From a virus: a DNA stretch of 53,197 bases. Below the pieces are notes generated by a model. The model worked only from the letters and a program-made list of their open reading frames with translations, did no database searches and was not told the origin of the DNA. Position 1 is the first letter of the stretch, and the number at the start of each line of letters is the position of its first letter. This document shows positions 51,224 through 53,197 of this stretch, in pieces. The stretch lies in IMG/VR virus record IMGVR_UViG_3300009826_000006, positions 1 to 53,197 of that record; one strand, written 5' to 3'. Position numbers and translations under genes: made by a program.

Positions 51224-51460
51224 ATGTGGAAACAGGGACAAATCGCAGCACCGGCCAGCAACACCATTTACACCTACTGGGCGAAAGTTTACGAAGAAGG
51301 CTCGGAACACGGCATCAACCAAGGGCGCGTAAGCAAACTTACAATTCGCAAACAAGGCGAAACCCGCGACCTTTACAACTATGATAGAGGGCTTGACCTA
51401 CCACCAGCTAACGAAGAAGTCGAGACCATTTTGAACATCATTTTGGCAAAGTACAGCTAG
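51224..51460 (+). CDS. hypothetical conserved-looking protein (78 aa); start moved to ATG 51224
   Basis: AAAGGAGGA SD; YWAKVYEEGSEHGINQGRVSKLTIRK...YDRGLD. Confidence 0.65.
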   Translation: MWKQGQIAAPASNTIYTYWAKVYEEGSEHGINQGRVSKLTIRKQGETRDLYNYDRGLDLPPANEEVETILNIILAKYS

Positions 51461-51590
51461 ACAACTAAGAAACTACAAGACAGACTGCATTACAGATGAA
51501 CTATGTCGTAGACTTTAAAAAGCAAAACGCTACAATAGATATACACGTCATATGTAATGTGTATGTAACTAACTATAAAGGAGGAAGATA

Positions 51591-52073
51591 ATGACTAAAA
51601 CTAGAAAAGGCTTTTATGTAGGTGACCCAAGCTATGTGCTACCATATACAATCTATACGCAAATATGGGGAGAGAAACATAATTACGCAAATTTTCCTAA
51701 GGGTTTGCTAATACCTATATTAACACACCTACCTACACAAGGAGATTTCACAGTTGAAGATCATTATATGCTTGTACACGGTACAGCCTATGGCGATGGC
51801 ACATATACGGGAAATGATGGTTATAAGTTTACTACCTTTAGTGTGTGCTCAGGCACATTAGCTTGTATACCTTTGGAGCTTGTAACACAAACCTCTCCAA
51901 GCAATTCATATGTTTTACAAGTTGAAAAGCTTACTGAGGCTCATATGGAATATAATACCGGGGAGTTTGTATTTACTTTTTCTAATGGAATATCTCTTAA
52001 TATTCAAACAGGGGATAAGCAAACATACAAATCATACCTGCAGGATTACAAGAGTAAGCAATTCATATTTTAA
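51591..52073 (+). CDS. hypothetical protein (160 aa)
   Basis: AAAGGAGGA SD; GDPSYVL...HGTAYGDGTY pattern. Confidence 0.7.
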   Translation: MTKTRKGFYVGDPSYVLPYTIYTQIWGEKHNYANFPKGLLIPILTHLPTQGDFTVEDHYMLVHGTAYGDGTYTGNDGYKFTTFSVCSGTLACIPLELVTQTSPSNSYVLQVEKLTEAHMEYNTGEFVFTFSNGISLNIQTGDKQTYKSYLQDYKSKQFIF

Positions 52074-52099
52074 ATTTAATGAAAAGGAGATGCAACTAT

Positions 52100-52549
52100 A
52101 TGAAAACTAAAAGAATGTTAAAAGTGCAATGGAATAAGCATGATGTATCAATGTACGTTGTTGATGATACCGCTTCTATTGCGCCCTGCCAAGTAACTAC
52201 TCAAAGAGGTGCGAATAACGACTATTATATGCTATCCAGCCATAAAGGTGTTTATTGTTTTGATCCAGCAACAGATATTGTAACACTTAACGACCGCATC
52301 ATTTGCATACACTCTTGGCAGCTAGTAGACATTCCGCCAGAGACCTTTGAGCTTTATGCTATTATAAATGTTACAGTAAATTTGAAAAATGATTGGGAGA
52401 CACATGAAGTCCCAGAAAATGTAATATCTAATATTCGAGAGGATATTATTGAGCTCTTAGAGAGTTCCGAAAACTATACCTACTCCGCAATGGTCGAATG
52501 TATCGAAAACAACAATTCTGAGGAAGGAGTTTCTACAAATGAAGATTAA
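52100..52549 (+). CDS. hypothetical protein; start moved to ATG 52100
   Basis: AAAGGAG SD before the internal ATG (MKTKRMLKV...). Confidence 0.6.
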   Translation: MKTKRMLKVQWNKHDVSMYVVDDTASIAPCQVTTQRGANNDYYMLSSHKGVYCFDPATDIVTLNDRIICIHSWQLVDIPPETFELYAIINVTVNLKNDWETHEVPENVISNIREDIIELLESSENYTYSAMVECIENNNSEEGVSTNED

Positions 52550-52802
52550 GGCTAAGGCTAAGTGCCAAGTGTGTGGTGCAAATGTAACAATGGGTAACCG
52601 TAATTGCGATGCTCATAAGTATGTGCGTAAGCGTTTTGTAGTACTAGTACAGGAACTGATTTTTTTTAGGGATAGGGGTTGGATTGATTCGTTCACTCTT
52701 ACTACTCTTGCTAAAGCCCATAAGTGCTCAGTAACAACAGTTCGTAATAATTTAAAGCGTGAGGGCTATACCTTCAAGAAAGGATGGGAGTTTAACCTGT
52801 AA
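52539..52802 (+). CDS. small DNA-binding protein (zinc ribbon + HTH)
   Basis: CQVCGANVTMGNRNCDAH, then TLTTLAKAHKCSVTTVRNNLKREG. Confidence 0.55.
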   Translation: MKIKAKAKCQVCGANVTMGNRNCDAHKYVRKRFVVLVQELIFFRDRGWIDSFTLTTLAKAHKCSVTTVRNNLKREGYTFKKGWEFNL

Positions 52803-52834
52803 CCATAGTAGCATAAAATTTTTCTTTCAGTTTG

Positions 52835-52863
52835 TTGACTTTCTCAAAGCTTTCCTTTATAAT
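52835..52863 (+). promoter_or_regulatory. near-consensus promoter for the junction-spanning gene
   Basis: TTGACT (52835-52840), 17-nt spacer, TATAAT (52858-52863). Confidence 0.7.
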
Positions 52864-52913
52864 TATAAAAATCACGTAAGCAAAACTAAAACACAATACA
52901 AGGAGGTAATACA

Positions 52914-53197
52914 ATGCAAGTAGTAGAAACTATCTACAGATTGCCAGAGATTATGGAAACTCTAGGCACACCAACTCTGAAGGCCATAGCTATGGTATTT
53001 GACCTTAAACCTATGCGCCTTTACAATGTCGCTAAGACGCCTAAAGAGGGCGAAATCTACGATGCAAAGCAATATAACTGGGAAGCCATTGAGCGCTTTA
53101 TGAACCGGCGCCTGGACCCAGATCAAGACCTAGACAGTCTAGAAGCAGTTATTGAGGCAGCACTCAAATGCGATGAAGAGTTATCACTCTCAGACAA
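52914..53197 (+). CDS. 5' part of the junction-spanning early gene (continues at 124..712 of the circle)
   Basis: AAGGAGG SD (52901-52907), ATG 52914, open to the window end and in frame with 26..712. Confidence 0.8.
   Translation, partial: MQVVETIYRLPEIMETLGTPTLKAIAMVFDLKPMRLYNVAKTPKEGEIYDAKQYNWEAIERFMNRRLDPDQDLDSLEAVIEAALKCDEELSLSD
53075..53197. repeat. second copy of the 123-bp terminal repeat
   Basis: identical to 1-123. Confidence 0.95.

Noticed and set aside
49848-51355. ORF-track entries 49848..50048, 50052..50282, 50440..50676(-), 50649..50891(-) and 51113..51355(-)
   Set aside because: They have no SD sites. They have implausible low-complexity or hydrophobic translations. They overlap hairpins, the poly-C tract, or better-supported small plus-strand genes that have consensus SD sites.
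1-53197. Lysogeny module (integrase, CI/Cro-type switch, excisionase), transposases, and alternative genetic code
   Set aside because: I found no recombinase-like ORF. Long genes are uninterrupted under the standard code, so there is no evidence for stop-codon reassignment. The absence of a repressor cannot be proven, because several small HTH proteins remain uncharacterised.

Overview
The window is a complete, circularly closed genome of a tailed dsDNA phage. Bases 1-123 are identical to 53075-53197, so the unique length is 53,074 bp, and one gene (52914->712) runs across the artificial junction. AAGGAGG-type Shine-Dalgarno sites, TTGACA/TATAAT promoters, ATGA/TAATG-coupled genes and the endolysin domain types suggest a Gram-positive (Firmicutes-like) host.

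There are two transcription arms:
- A plus-strand early/replication arm runs from about 48.4 kb across the junction to 20.1 kb. It carries a Cas4-like nuclease, SNF2 helicase, Sak4-like ATPase, DNA ligase, a DUF669 SSB-like protein, a DnaG-type primase fused to an MCM-like helicase, MazG, a family A DNA polymerase and RuvC.
- A minus-strand late arm runs from 47.7 kb down to 20.2 kb. It carries TerS, TerL, portal, minor head protein, scaffold, major capsid, connectors, major tail protein, chaperones, a 1629-aa tape measure, baseplate/fibre proteins, amidase and holins, followed by membrane proteins and moron-like cassettes.

The arms diverge in a roughly 1-kb AT-rich non-coding region and converge on a bidirectional terminator at 20138-20170. 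I recognised no integrase, repressor, CRISPR array or transposase.

Most notable observations:
- Two oversized tRNA-like genes share a non-canonical architecture.
- A complete preQ0 pathway (queC-queD-queE-folE) plus a separate DpdA-like transglycosylase predicts 7-deazaguanine DNA modification.
- A tail-tip protein carries 13 HxH motifs.
- Long perfect inverted repeats and clustered ATGTACAT palindromes lie in the early control region.
- There are three long C/G homopolymer tracts and several compositionally distinct cargo cassettes.

All calls come from reading the sequence and the ORF track by eye. No database search or folding program was run.
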